This document shows positions 8,870-21,029 of a stretch of 64,000 nt of DNA, in pieces. Numbering within the stretch: the first letter of the stretch is position 1; each line of letters opens with the position of its first letter. The notes beneath the pieces are model-generated. The model had not been told where the DNA came from and searched no databases. It saw only the letters and a program-made list of their open reading frames with translations. A program made the position numbers and the translations under genes. This DNA comes from a virus (taxonomy: Duplodnaviria > Caudoviricetes). The DNA is taken from positions 1 through 64,000 of IMG/VR virus record IMGVR_UViG_2645727545_000002; one strand, 5' to 3'.

Positions 8870-10834
8870 CTACATGCCTAACATTTCAATTAACTGATCT
8901 TCATTGATAATCTGAACACCAAGTTCTTTTGCTTTTTTATTTTTACTACTATTTGATTCAATATCGTTATTAATCAAAGCATATGTAGATTTCGTTACAG
9001 AGCTAGTCACTTTTCCACCTTGTTTTTCGATTTCTGATTTAATCTCATCTCGGTTTCTAAATCTAAAAACCTTCCCTGTTACAACGAATGATTTACCGTC
9101 TAATGAATTATCTGTATTTCTTTTTTCTTCTGTCTTAAATGTCATAAGCGAAGCAAGCTGTTCTGCAATACAGCTCACATCCTTAAACCATGAGTGGATA
9201 TTTTTATTTAATACATCTCCAAATCCATCTATCTGTGTAAAGTTATAACACCCAACACTTGCATCTCTAAAATCATCCCATGTGTTAAATACTTTTGCCA
9301 ACTCCCTTGATTGTGAAGTTCCGATTCCAGGAATACTCAATGAAGTAATAAACTTGTCCAATCTTACTGTTTTGCTATTTTCAATCGACTTTCTTAATTT
9401 ATTTACTGATTTCTTTCCAAATCCGCTCATTGTAGAAAGTCTGTCATAATGTTGCCCAAGATTATATACGTCTGTAATTTCTGTAATCCATCCAAGTTCA
9501 ATAAATTTCTTGATTGTTTCTTCGGACAATCCCGAAATATCCATTCCCTTTTTAGAAACAAAATGTGACACTCTTCCAAGTAATTTGCCTTTACAATGTG
9601 GATTAGTGCACATCAAAACCTCTGAATCATTTTCTTTTACAATCTGTGTTGATGATTCGCAGACAGGACACTGTGATGGAATCCGGATATAAGCTGATTC
9701 TCTGTCTTTTGCAGATAAGTTTTCTTTTACTTGTGGGATAATTTGATTTGCTTTATATACAATAATTGTATCTCCAATTTGTAAATCTAATTTAGTAAGA
9801 ATACTTACATTGTGAAGGCTGGCTCTTTCCACCATAGTCCCGTCAATTTCTACAGGATCGAAAATTGCTACAGGTGTTAATGAACCGATCTTGCCCATTG
9901 ACCATTCAATATTATTCAATACCGTTTCGACTTCTTCATCGTAAAATTTAAATGCAATAGAATGTTTAGGATGATGACCTGTCATTCCAAGTGACTCTCC
10001 GTATGTAATATCGTTGTACGTTGCCACTAAGCCATCAATCGGAAAGTTCCTTTCATTTGCCCGTCTCTGTAATTGTTCAATCACAATATTAATAAATTCT
10101 GCATTAGAATTTCCACGAATAGGCAGAAATGGTACTGTGTCAAATCCTAATTCTGCAGCATACTGTAATCTATTGATGAAACTATTTGATGCAACTTCTG
10201 TCGGTACTTTCCAAGCAATAAATTTAATATGTCTTTGTGATGCAATCTTACTATCTAACTGTCGCACAGATCCAGAAGCTAAATTCCTTGGATTCTTATA
10301 TTTCTTATCTTCCGATAAAGACTCATTAATTTTATTAAAGTCGTCATATGTAATAATAGCTTCTCCTTCGATTTCAAAATGTCCTTTATAATCAATCGTT
10401 AGTGGGATATTATCAAAGACTTTTGCATTATGAGTGATTAATTCCCCGACCTCTCCGTCTCCACGAGTTTCCGCCTGAACCAACTCTCCGTTTTCATATG
10501 TAAGAAGACATGTCAATCCATCCATTTTCAGACTTAAAATACAGTCTTTTTCTCCGGCAAATTTTACTAAATCATCAACAGATTTTGTTTTATCTAGCGA
10601 TAACATTGGATGAGAATGTTTAACTTTTTCAAGTTCTGATTTCACCACATATCCAACAGTTTGTGTTGGTGAATTTGCATACACAATACCCGTATCCTTT
10701 TCAAGTTCTGATAACTCATCGAATAATCTGTCATATGCTGCATCAGAAACAACTGGTCTTGCCTCGTTATAGTAAGAGTCTCTATATTCGTTTAATTGTT
10801 TTATAAGACGCTTAATTCTTATGAGTTTTTCCAT
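8870..10834 (-). CDS. ligA: NAD-dependent DNA ligase
   Basis: YY..SD..YD, MLSLDK, KMDG adenylation motif, TRGDG, Zn finger, HhH, C-terminal BRCT. Confidence 0.96.
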   Translation of the reverse strand: MEKLIRIKRLIKQLNEYRDSYYNEARPVVSDAAYDRLFDELSELEKDTGIVYANSPTQTVGYVVKSELEKVKHSHPMLSLDKTKSVDDLVKFAGEKDCILSLKMDGLTCLLTYENGELVQAETRGDGEVGELITHNAKVFDNIPLTIDYKGHFEIEGEAIITYDDFNKINESLSEDKKYKNPRNLASGSVRQLDSKIASQRHIKFIAWKVPTEVASNSFINRLQYAAELGFDTVPFLPIRGNSNAEFINIVIEQLQRRANERNFPIDGLVATYNDITYGESLGMTGHHPKHSIAFKFYDEEVETVLNNIEWSMGKIGSLTPVAIFDPVEIDGTMVERASLHNVSILTKLDLQIGDTIIVYKANQIIPQVKENLSAKDRESAYIRIPSQCPVCESSTQIVKENDSEVLMCTNPHCKGKLLGRVSHFVSKKGMDISGLSEETIKKFIELGWITEITDVYNLGQHYDRLSTMSGFGKKSVNKLRKSIENSKTVRLDKFITSLSIPGIGTSQSRELAKVFNTWDDFRDASVGCYNFTQIDGFGDVLNKNIHSWFKDVSCIAEQLASLMTFKTEEKRNTDNSLDGKSFVVTGKVFRFRNRDEIKSEIEKQGGKVTSSVTKSTYALINNDIESNSSKNKKAKELGVQIINEDQLIEMLGM

Positions 10835-11139
10835 TTAATCACTCCCTCTTCATCTTTTCTTCGTTCATAATCATTCAGTTTAAACTCTAATTTTGAACAA
10901 AATCCATTATCTGTTAATGTTTTAACTGTACATGCGATGTCATATCCTGTGTTAAATGTTTCCTCATACACGGCATATGATTTTCTTTCTCCACAAATAG
11001 TACATTCAGACACGGCAACAGCAACAATACGTTTGGAACTATCATAGTCAGTATCAATTTCGTAATATTTCCCAATTTCTTTATACTTATGACTACATTC
11101 GTTTTTATCTTGTGTGAGATTTTTTAAAAATTTAAACAT
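10819..11139 (-). CDS. Hypothetical Zn-binding protein
   Basis: CSH...CTICG. Confidence 0.55.
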   Translation of the reverse strand: MFKFLKNLTQDKNECSHKYKEIGKYYEIDTDYDSSKRIVAVAVSECTICGERKSYAVYEETFNTGYDIACTVKTLTDNGFCSKLEFKLNDYERRKDEEGVIKWKNS

Positions 11140-11972
11140 TCAATCATCCTTCGTTTTCTGAATTTTATATGCGTTTAATGTATTTTGCATTAATGCCAAT
11201 CTTGTGAGTAATCCTACCCCGCCGGGTACCGGTGTAACATATGTACCGCTCAGATATTCTTCAAATGAGCAACAATTTATATCACCACACAATTTATTGT
11301 CTTTAATTCTATTAATTCCGATATCTACAATAAGTTCACAATATTCAAAAAAATCTGAAAAATCAAAATAGTGCGGAATTCCAATTGCAGAAAAACATAA
11401 TCTGCATTTCTAGTGTAGTATTCTGTGCTCGGAGTCGTACTATTGCAGCATGTAACTGTTGCTCCTTTTTCGATTAGCATATTGGTCAATGGAAGCCCAA
11501 CAATTTTACTTCTTCCAAGAACGCAACAGTCCTTTCCTTTAAACTCGAAATTGTTATATTCCATCCAGTCAATGATTCCTTTTGGCGTACATGGTTTGAA
11601 ACAACTGTCTCTTCTAAATCCATCGACATCTTTTTCTGGAGGAATCAAATGTTGTAATCGATCTAAATCATATTTATCAGGAATTGGAAGTTGAATAATA
11701 ATTCCATCCGCATCAGAATTTACAATAACTTTAATAATACCTTCGACCTCCTTCTGTTCTGCTATATTGGAATGAATATTTACATGACGCATTTCTATTC
11801 CAATCTCATCACAATCTTTTTGTTTCCCTTTGATGTAAGAGTTTGATGCCTGATCATTGTCAATCTGTATTACAGCAAGCACAGGCTTTCTATTGAAATG
11901 TCGGATCTCTTCTTTTAATTCTTTCTTTTTAATCTCTACATAATCTTTGCACGATACAATATCTGTTCTCAT
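11140..11972 (-). CDS. folD: Methylene-THF dehydrogenase/cyclohydrolase; frameshift near 11395
   Basis: YIKGK, IQLP, KDVDG, PCTP, GRSKIVGLP; shifted frame continues VDIGIN..LCGD..TPVPGGVG. Confidence 0.92.
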
Positions 11973-12266
11973 TTTTTATTTCCTTTTCTCTCTGATTCTA
12001 CTTTGTCAACCACAATCCCAAGAAGCGTCTTCAAGCAATGGATATCTTCATTTAACAAGTCATTCTGTTCTTTTAATAGATCTCTATATTCAATATAAGT
12101 ATTTTTAACCTTTTATGTTTGATGCAATATTTATAATTTCAATAACTGCATATATTACAACCAGCATTGATAAAACTATTGCAATAATAATTTCTGAATT
12201 CATATCTTCATTCTCCTTTTGCTTTTGCTTTTTAATAACTTCTGCATAAACGTATTTCTTGATAAA

Positions 12267-14486
12267 TTAGCCTTTTTTCTTAATAGCTCTATTCACAGTT
12301 GTTGTATCTCCAAAATGAAAACATCTTTCTTTCATTCTTGTTAAACCTACATAAATTAGATTTGAATTTAACATATATGTATGTGCTGCAGGAGTGATCA
12401 GTAATACGACTTTAATACTGCTTCCTTGAGATTTGTGAATGGTAATACAATAGCCTAATCCACACATTTGCATTGCGCTTCTATCGTATTCTACTAACAC
12501 ATCATCAAATTCGATAATAACTTTATTTTGATCAATTTTTTTAATTTTCCCTGTCTCGCCATTCGCAATAAACGTTTCCTTCGGCATATCATCTGGAATA
12601 AAATCGTCTTCATAGAAAATTCGAGCATGATAATTATTAGTATTTTGTATGATGATGTCGTCTTTGTAATAAGTAATATCTCCAACCTTCATAAAATCTT
12701 GACTGCCATAATTTCTATTCGCTATTTTTTGTAATTGGTTATTAATTACAATCTGTCCATAATCGCCTTTCTTATAGGAAGTAAGAACTTGAATATCATC
12801 TACATTATATTTCCCACTCGAAAGCAATTTTTGATATAGAGCAATTAGATTTTTGACAATTGTGCTTGAACCAACATTTATAAAAGCATAATCTTTGTTG
12901 TCTCCAAAATATGTACATTGTTGATTAATATTATTAAGATATTGTTTACATTGTCTTACGTCTGTAGCTACTTTCATTAAACCACCTTCGCCGTATCTAA
13001 ATACTTTCGTAAGAGTAACAGTCGGAATCATTTTGGACTGCATAAAGTCATGAAGTAAATTCCCGCATGAAACAGACGGAAGCTGTGCGTTGTCTCCTAT
13101 CATTAGAAGTTTTGTGCGCTTGAAATCAATCGCATCTATAATATGTTTAAATAATCGCAAATCAACCATAGAAAACTCATCCACAATTAATACATCACAC
13201 ATCATCTTTTCTGCTTCGTTATATCCCCATTTGTCGGGTGGCATATATCCAAGACCTCTATGAATTGTACTTGCTTGTTCACCAGTATTTTCAGACAAAA
13301 CTTTTGCTGCTTTACCTGTTGGTGAAAATAACTCATATGACTTATTATTGTCTTTAAGCATTTGAATAACAGATTGTGTCGAAAATGTTTTACCAGTTCC
13401 TCCTGATCCATTTAGTATACAAATGTTATATTTGCAAATATAATCCAGTATTTTTATCTGCTCATTTGATAATTCGCATCCGTCATTTACAACTTTGTAT
13501 TTTTCTACATCAAAACTCCATTTTATATTACATTTCAGTCCTGTAATAATTGCATTTGCAATACATTGTTCTGTATCATATGTAGACTTCAAAGCTACGT
13601 TCATCGTATCCCTGTCATAAATGATACTTTCATGTTTGATGCAATCCACAAACAAATCTGAACATGCAGGGGTTAATTTCATACATTGATTTCTTAAATC
13701 AACAATATCCATCACAGTATGTCCGTTATTTTCATTCTCTTCTAACAAATACAACACACACGATAAACATCTTTGTTTACTTGTTTTCAAATCACAATTA
13801 AATTCTATTATTGGCTTCTCTCCGTTTTTAATACTTTCCAAAGACTCTCTTTCTAGTTCAAGCAAAATTGAATCTGCTGTTTTAAAACCAACTCTTGCCA
13901 ATCCACATAGGCATTTATATGGATCTTCTCTCATTTTCTTCCTAATCATTTGCACTGACGAATATTTTTCATGCAATTTTTTTACCATAGAAAGCGTCAG
14001 CATTCCTTGAAACTCCGTTACAATTTCTGCCAAACAAAAGTTTTCGACAATCTTATTTTTGATCACATCAAATGTATACTCTTTTATTCCAGGTGTTTTG
14101 TTTAAATCAATATCATCCAATCTGTTATTGATTACCCTATCCACAATATCTGGATAAACCTTGCATAAAACATCGGCTTGATTTTCTGTGAGAATTTCTC
14201 TTAAGAAAACATAAGTTTCTTCTGCGTTTGTTGGTCTATCTCTTTTAATGTTTGTTACCTTGTAACCGTATCCATATTTAGATAACTGCTCAACCGCAGC
14301 AACTTCATAATTTGACCCTACGCCAAGTTCATGCATTTCTCCTGTTAATGTTACATTTCCATATTTTGTGAACTTTATATCCGGATATTTATTTTTGTCA
14401 ACATCAACAGCGTAGATTTTGAAATCTCCACCGTCATATGTTTTTCTCACAACATAACATTTAAAATTAACTTCTTTTTTATCCAT
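12267..14486 (-). CDS. recD2: RecD2-like SF1 helicase
   Basis: GSGGTGKT, TIHR, VDEFSM, GDNAQL, TIHKSQGS, YVGLTR. Confidence 0.92.
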   Translation of the reverse strand: MDKKEVNFKCYVVRKTYDGGDFKIYAVDVDKNKYPDIKFTKYGNVTLTGEMHELGVGSNYEVAAVEQLSKYGYGYKVTNIKRDRPTNAEETYVFLREILTENQADVLCKVYPDIVDRVINNRLDDIDLNKTPGIKEYTFDVIKNKIVENFCLAEIVTEFQGMLTLSMVKKLHEKYSSVQMIRKKMREDPYKCLCGLARVGFKTADSILLELERESLESIKNGEKPIIEFNCDLKTSKQRCLSCVLYLLEENENNGHTVMDIVDLRNQCMKLTPACSDLFVDCIKHESIIYDRDTMNVALKSTYDTEQCIANAIITGLKCNIKWSFDVEKYKVVNDGCELSNEQIKILDYICKYNICILNGSGGTGKTFSTQSVIQMLKDNNKSYELFSPTGKAAKVLSENTGEQASTIHRGLGYMPPDKWGYNEAEKMMCDVLIVDEFSMVDLRLFKHIIDAIDFKRTKLLMIGDNAQLPSVSCGNLLHDFMQSKMIPTVTLTKVFRYGEGGLMKVATDVRQCKQYLNNINQQCTYFGDNKDYAFINVGSSTIVKNLIALYQKLLSSGKYNVDDIQVLTSYKKGDYGQIVINNQLQKIANRNYGSQDFMKVGDITYYKDDIIIQNTNNYHARIFYEDDFIPDDMPKETFIANGETGKIKKIDQNKVIIEFDDVLVEYDRSAMQMCGLGYCITIHKSQGSSIKVVLLITPAAHTYMLNSNLIYVGLTRMKERCFHFGDTTTVNRAIKKKG

Positions 14487-14495
14487 AATTTTTCA

Positions 14496-17400
14496 TCACC
14501 TAATCACCTCATATTCTGTAAGGATATCTTCTAGTTCATCTGTCGCCTCCCACTTACCTTCAGCATTCGGTCGTTTCTTAAATTCTTGCGAGAATTCATT
14601 TATTTTTAGAACAGACCATTGACCAAATGGATTTTCTTTGAAGATCTTACCTTGTTTAATTCTGGTTTTAACTTCTTTCCCTGTTCTAATCTGTCTTGCT
14701 GTAATATATGGTTTTGTTGTATCTTTGTAAGTTTTAAAATCTGTAACCATATAATAAAGCGGAGAAACATTTTCATTGGTATATACGATATACTCAAGAT
14801 ATTCTTTCTCAAATTTCATAGATTCAATAATACCCATTTTTTATTCTCTACGTGACTACAAAGTTCTTCTATTAAACCTACATTATCTATATCCTTATAT
14901 AATGAAGCCGTTTCTTTACCAGAGTATTTTTTCATCAAAAACTCTGTTAGTCCCAATGAATCTAATTTCTTTTTACTGATTTGTTTACATTTTGAAAACT
15001 TTTCATAGATATCAATAACATTTAATAGATATTTATTACCACCAAATTCACTAAAGAAATTTAGACCAGTAAGGATTGTAAGCTGTTTAGAATTGACTGA
15101 TGTTTTCTTCTTAATGTCGTCCAACACTTCTACGAAGCTGTTATATTTATTTTTACTACCAAGTTCATATAATTCTGTGGCTATTTTTTCGTTACAATAT
15201 TTAATAGATGAAATAGACTTATATATTGTGTTTGTTTCTTTATCTGACGTATATTCATTCTTTGATTTTCCGAATTTAATACTCTCTAATGTAATACCAA
15301 AATAATCTAATTCAGCAATAATACGGCTAGTTTTTTCATTATCTGATCTGTATTCATTCAACACTGTTTCAAAATACTCTAATGGATGATGTGATTTTGC
15401 TTCAGCACCATATAGACTATCGTATGCTACTGATACTGCATGTGAAGCATTAAAGCTGTATCTAGCCGCATCATCTACTACTTGCCAAACTTCATCAAAT
15501 CCTTTTTCTGTTCCTAGATTCTTTTTATATCCATGCAACAATTCTTGTCTTAACTCTTCTTTTGCATCATCTGTAAATTTTTTCTTACTAATCTTTTTAA
15601 TGATGTCATATGTATGATCCTCTTTCATGCCGCACCATACTAAAAATGCCATAATAGATTCTTGGTACAACATAAAATGATAACTCGGTGCCAATATTTC
15701 ATCGATTTCTTTTACACCCGTAGTATATTTTTTTCTATTTAGAAATGTATTTACCAAGCTTGCAAACCCAGGTCTAATTGCAGCTACAAAAGCACTCATT
15801 TCTGCATCTGTTTTTGGTTTATATTTTTTAACATTGACGTGGAAATCTCTGTATCAGCTTGATTTAATGTTGATGTCATACCATCTTCATATAATTTCCA
15901 TGTATTTTCATCTATTTTATTTAATAGTTCACGAATATTAGGAATTGGTTGTTTAATTCTTTTATAAAAATTTGAAATTATACGCCATACTGTTACAGTA
16001 AGGTAATCGTTTTTAAGATATTTCCATACATCAGATGTATATCCATCAATGCATGCACATAATTCTCCACCAATCTTAATTAAACCTAATTCTCTAGATA
16101 AAGGTTTATTTGACAAAACAAAACTGCACGGACTTGGTGAAATACTTTCAATTGTACCAATATACTTCTGTGATTCTTCAATAATATTTTTCCATTTCTT
16201 ATCCTCCCTATATGCATCAATATTTTTAGCGACTTCGTTATACTCATGCATTGGAAATTCATATGCTCTACAAAGATTTCTAAATGCTGATGATTCCTTC
16301 ATAGTACCTAGTGCATACATATAGTAAACACCATCATCACCTAATAATTCTTTTGAGGCTTTAATTGGTGCATCAACCTGTGCCCAATTCTGATCTATAT
16401 CTGGTAAAGATCTTGTTTCTAAAATTCTAGCAGTACTCATGAACCTAGTTGGATATAATGGTACGGGTGCTGCAAATCTATCAATTTCAGTAAATCCAAG
16501 CAACTTATTAATATAGAAAGAAACTGCTGATCCCCTACCTGTTCTTGATAAAACTCCACCATATTTTCTCTTCGCAAGATCTACCATTTTTTCATTAAAC
16601 AAAAAATAGTCAGACATTTTAGTATCTTTTATTATTTTATATTCATATGCAATTCCTTTTTTATACTCTTCCCATCTTGATTTATCAACATTTACCTTTT
16701 CATTATCCCATTTACTACATATATGCTTTGCAAGTTCCTTATCTTTTTCTTCTTGTGTATATCCTGGATAAATAGTTGGCATTTTAATTTCCTTGTCAAA
16801 ATATAAATTTTCACATTCATCAAAAATTAGTGTATTTTGTAATGCTTCTTCAATTTGCCAATCTGATAAGATCCCTTGTTTTTTATATCGCTCTACAATT
16901 GTGTCATAATCAGGAAAATCAAGAATAAAACTATCTTCATCACCATAGTTCATTCCTTTACCTTTTAAAAAATTTAGTCTGTCTTTTGACTGTTCCGGAT
17001 AAATATAGTGACTATCATTTGCATGTATTAACTTTAAGCCATAATGTTGTTTCAACAACAGCATATTTTTATTATGACTAGTCTGTATATCATATTGATG
17101 ATTTTGCACTTCTAAATAAAAATTTTTATTAAAATGTCCATATATAGTTTCAAACATAACTTTCATATCATTGCCTGGTCTCAATATTCCGCCCACACAA
17201 GCTGAAGTTACAATGAAGTTGTTTGGATTTAATCTTTTAATTAACTCTATATCAATCCTTGGTTTGTAATAAAAACCTGTTTTATTACTTTCCGACATAA
17301 TTTCATTTAATTCATAAAATCCATCTTGATTTTTTGCTACAATTACAATATGATAATTTGAATTATCTTTTTCTTTTCTATCTTTTACCATATATAATTC

Positions 17401-17606
17401 CGCAGCATATATCATTTTCAAATTATTTTTTTTACATAAATCATACGCCTCTAAATATTTTCCAGTCCATCCATGTTGAGTCGTAAAATAGTTTTTACAG
17501 CCTAATTCTAAACTTCTAGAAATATAATCTGTATTTTTACAACACAATCTAATGTTGTAATATTACTTTCATGACAATGTTTATGATAATTTTCGTATCT
17601 CTTCAT
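14496..17606 (-). CDS. dnaE: DNA polymerase III alpha (PHP plus catalytic core), split by apparent homopolymer frameshifts
   Basis: Start MKRYENYHKHCHES; NDSHY, GRGS, LPDID, YQE, YSFNASH; track ORFs 15796-17547, 14816-15799 and 14496-14837 join at A runs. Confidence 0.9.
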
Positions 17607-18702
17607 ATTTTCGTTCCATTCTTACTTAATAAGTTGCTAATTACAAGATTGTTTACATTTTTTTCACATAACTTTAATGTATATGGGATTCTTATTAAAT
17701 CAATTTTGTGTTGCTTTAAAAGTTTGTCTTTTAATTTATCTCTAGCACAAGAGTCAATAAAATCTTGTTCTGTTCTATGAAAACTTGTATACATCTTGTA
17801 ATGTTGTATTCCATCGTATTCAATTGCTAAATTAAATTTATCTATATAGAAATCAACATATAGATTTTTTTGAGTTTTTATCATTTTTAACCAACTCCAT
17901 GTTTTTTCAGATTCAATATTTTCATCTCCGAATAATAAATATAATATACGTCTTAAAAGATTAGCTTTTACGCTCAAAGAATCTGAAAACAAATTTTCTT
18001 TATTAAGTAATTTACATAGTTCTTCTTTATCTTTTATATAATATTTCAATGCCTGATAAGTAAAGTCACATTCCTCATCTATCAGTGTTTTATTTATGCA
18101 TCCATATTTTTCATACACATTATTTAATTGCCTTAACATTTCATCAAATCCATAATCATGTGCAGTATATGGCAAATCCATTTCTTTCATCAGTCCTTTC
18201 CATGAACCAAATAATCGCTCAATGGTAGATTGTGAATATTTGCCATCGCGTCTGTAAACAGTACTACTAACTTTTTTGTCTTTAAATATTTCTAAAACGT
18301 CATCTTTAATATCTTTTTCGTAACATTCTTATACATATTAATAGGCAAATTAAGAGTTTCTAATGCTTTATTAAAAGATCCATCAAAATGATATTTAACG
18401 CAGGTAACAGAATATTTACCGTACTTCTTATAGCTTTCTGTACTTAAATATTGATACTCATTAAATACCCTCAATAAATCTTGAACAACATCCTTATGAT
18501 CAACTCTTTGGTGGAATGTAAATGGTATATTCAATTCCTTACATATCTTTTGTAGTCCTCCATGCTTATTTAAACAATAATCACTTATTTCTATATTAGA
18601 TTCTTCCTTTAGAATTATCTTGTTCATTTTTTCGCATTTCTTATATACTCTAATAATCTCGTTGTACAACTCTTCTTTAGTTGGTACATAATTCTTCCCC
18701 AC
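17603..18702 (-). CDS. Free-standing homing endonuclease-like protein (helical repeats plus Vsr/DUF559-like nuclease); frameshifted
   Basis: Repeats of the KYS...FxGSF/WxxAL type; C-terminal VDFYI..LAIEYDGIQHY..D..K...LIRIPY. Confidence 0.7.
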
Positions 18703-18717
18703 TTACTCACCCCAGTT

Positions 18718-19930
18718 CTATAAATCATTTAACCAAGACATATCGTCTTCATCCAATAATTCTCCTTGAACATTAGATATGGCATCTTCACCAACACCTG
18801 CAAAAATATTATCCTGCTGCTCTTTCTTGGCATTTAGCTTGTCTAAATATTTTTTATATGGCAGATGTACATTCGGAGAGTAAGCACATAATGTAGAAAA
18901 ATAATAGCTTTGCTTTTTTACTTGGTCATCTGAATCCCAAAACTCTTTTTCTGCTTTTAATAAATTGCCATCTTTCAGTTTCTTATATTTATCCTCCTTC
19001 TCTTCAATTTCAGAAATTGTTTCGATAATATCTGTTGTCCATTTATTCAAAAGTTCCTCTGTGATTGGAACTGTCACAATACAATCATTCATTCTATACT
19101 TTTCTTGTACATCTTTTGGAAGACATTTAATATCATTTGTCTGCATAAGAAGATCAAGATATTCCAACTGATTTTCCTCGTATCCACATTTTTTTAGCCA
19201 CATCTTCACGCTTGTTTGCAATTTCATGCCAATCTGATTTCTTTCAATTTCTCTCGTTGTCCATTTCCCATTTGCTTGCTGACAATCAATTGAAACATAT
19301 TTTAGAAAATCCCATGAGATGCGAATTTTATCCATCGGAATTCCCATTTGGTTCAATGCAATTGCATACACAATCAACTGCCCGCATTCATTTTCTGCTT
19401 TTTTGCCTTTATAAATAGAACTTGTTTTCCAATCTAATATATGAAAATTGCCATCTTTATCCTTATAAACAGCATCAATATATCCTTGAAATACATTTTC
19501 TCCAATTTTAGCTGTTACAAATCTTTCTATTTCCATATGCTGTTCAAACATCTTATGGTGGTTAAAGAAATGTTTTAGACATTCATAATATTTTTGTTTA
19601 ACGCTCTCATTTTTCTTTTTCGTCGTTTCTGTCAAATTTTAAATCAGCCACTTCTGCTGTCAGCCAAGAATCTTCGAATTTTTCATCCATCTCTTCATAT
19701 TTAATATGTCCTAAATACAAATCTTCCATAATCTCATGTGCCATTCCTCCGGTAACTACATAGATACAGTCATCCCTATCTTCGGGTACATGTTTTATAT
19801 ATTTAAGAAAGTATTCATATGGAGATGTGTGATATGTATTAAATTTAGACCAACTCCATAATCGATCAGTCTTGTAATAAGACATAATTTCATTTAATTC
19901 TTCTTTAGTTTTTCGTCCTATAATAAACAC
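18718..19930 (-). CDS. PD-(D/E)XK RecB-like exonuclease (two track ORFs joined)
   Basis: WSWSK..G..HE; FQGYIDAV..ILDWKTS..QL.VY. Confidence 0.85.
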
Positions 19931-21009
19931 CTACTTTCGTAATGCTTTTAAATATTCTTTATGTTCACGTTCGTCATACGTTACTCTATATTTCATCATG
20001 AATTCATATATCTGGTTTCGTGCATCTACTGGTGAGTCTTTGTCACCTATGATTCCCCATTTGTCATACATATAGCTAACTTTCCTAATATGATAAAATT
20101 TCTCACAGCAATGTCTTACATGGTTAATATCAATATCTTTATCAAAGCAGATAATAACTTCTTTATTTAGACCTATTAGTATCCTTGCCTGTTCATCTGA
20201 TATTTCATGTCCAGAAACAGCAACACATGTAGAATCACAAAGGCTGTCTCTCTTTAATACAGATTTTCACTTTCTACAACCACAACATAATCTGATTTTT
20301 CAATCGACTCTCTATTCTCATATAGACCATACAAATTAATCTGTTTTGGATATCCTGGTGTAATGTAATATTTTTGATATCAAATAGATCATAGTTTTCA
20401 ACCGTTGTTCTCATGTTGTATCCCATTAATTCTCCTGTAAGCCAGTATCTTAGTGGAATAACATTTCTTTTATACTTATAACTATATCCAAGTTTAAATT
20501 TTTTTACTGTCCATGGCATGACACCTTCCTTGTACCAATCAATGTGTACATAAGGAACAAAAGCGTCTAGTTCTTTTTCGTCATGCACTTCAAAATCTAA
20601 AACATTTATTTTTTTTCGTCTCGTTTTAACTCTTTTGAATATTTTGAAGTGGATCAATTTTTTCTTTTCTTCTCTTCTTTTTTAAATGACAATCTTAGTC
20701 CTAAAATCTTATGTAGGATTTTCACAGCTTCCCACGTAGTAGAATCTTTATGTTTTGCTGACAAGTTATACTGAACGAGTGTAATAATGTCTGATCTGTC
20801 ATCAAAAAATTTTCTCTTGTATAATTCACAACATTTAAATATTCATTATTCCGTACAATTACACATGATTTATTATCACCATCTACATTCCCACATGAGT
20901 AATATTCTTTGTTTTGATGGTAAACAATGTGATGACATCCAATTTCTTGAAGTACATATTCAATCTTATTTTCTTTATATATATAAGTTTTTAGTTCGCC
21001 AATCGTCAC
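19931..21009 (-). CDS. DNA primase (DnaG-like), fragmented by frameshifts
   Basis: Follows the helicase; NVIPLR, LYGL, TOPRIM-like VVESEKS and ICFDKD in shifted frames. Confidence 0.75.
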
Positions 21010-21029
21010 AACACTGTTTACCGCCTTTC

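Noticed and set aside
14496-17606. Naturally split or intein-containing dnaE
   Set aside because: The pieces overlap at homopolymer runs, with no intein motifs or intervening sequence.
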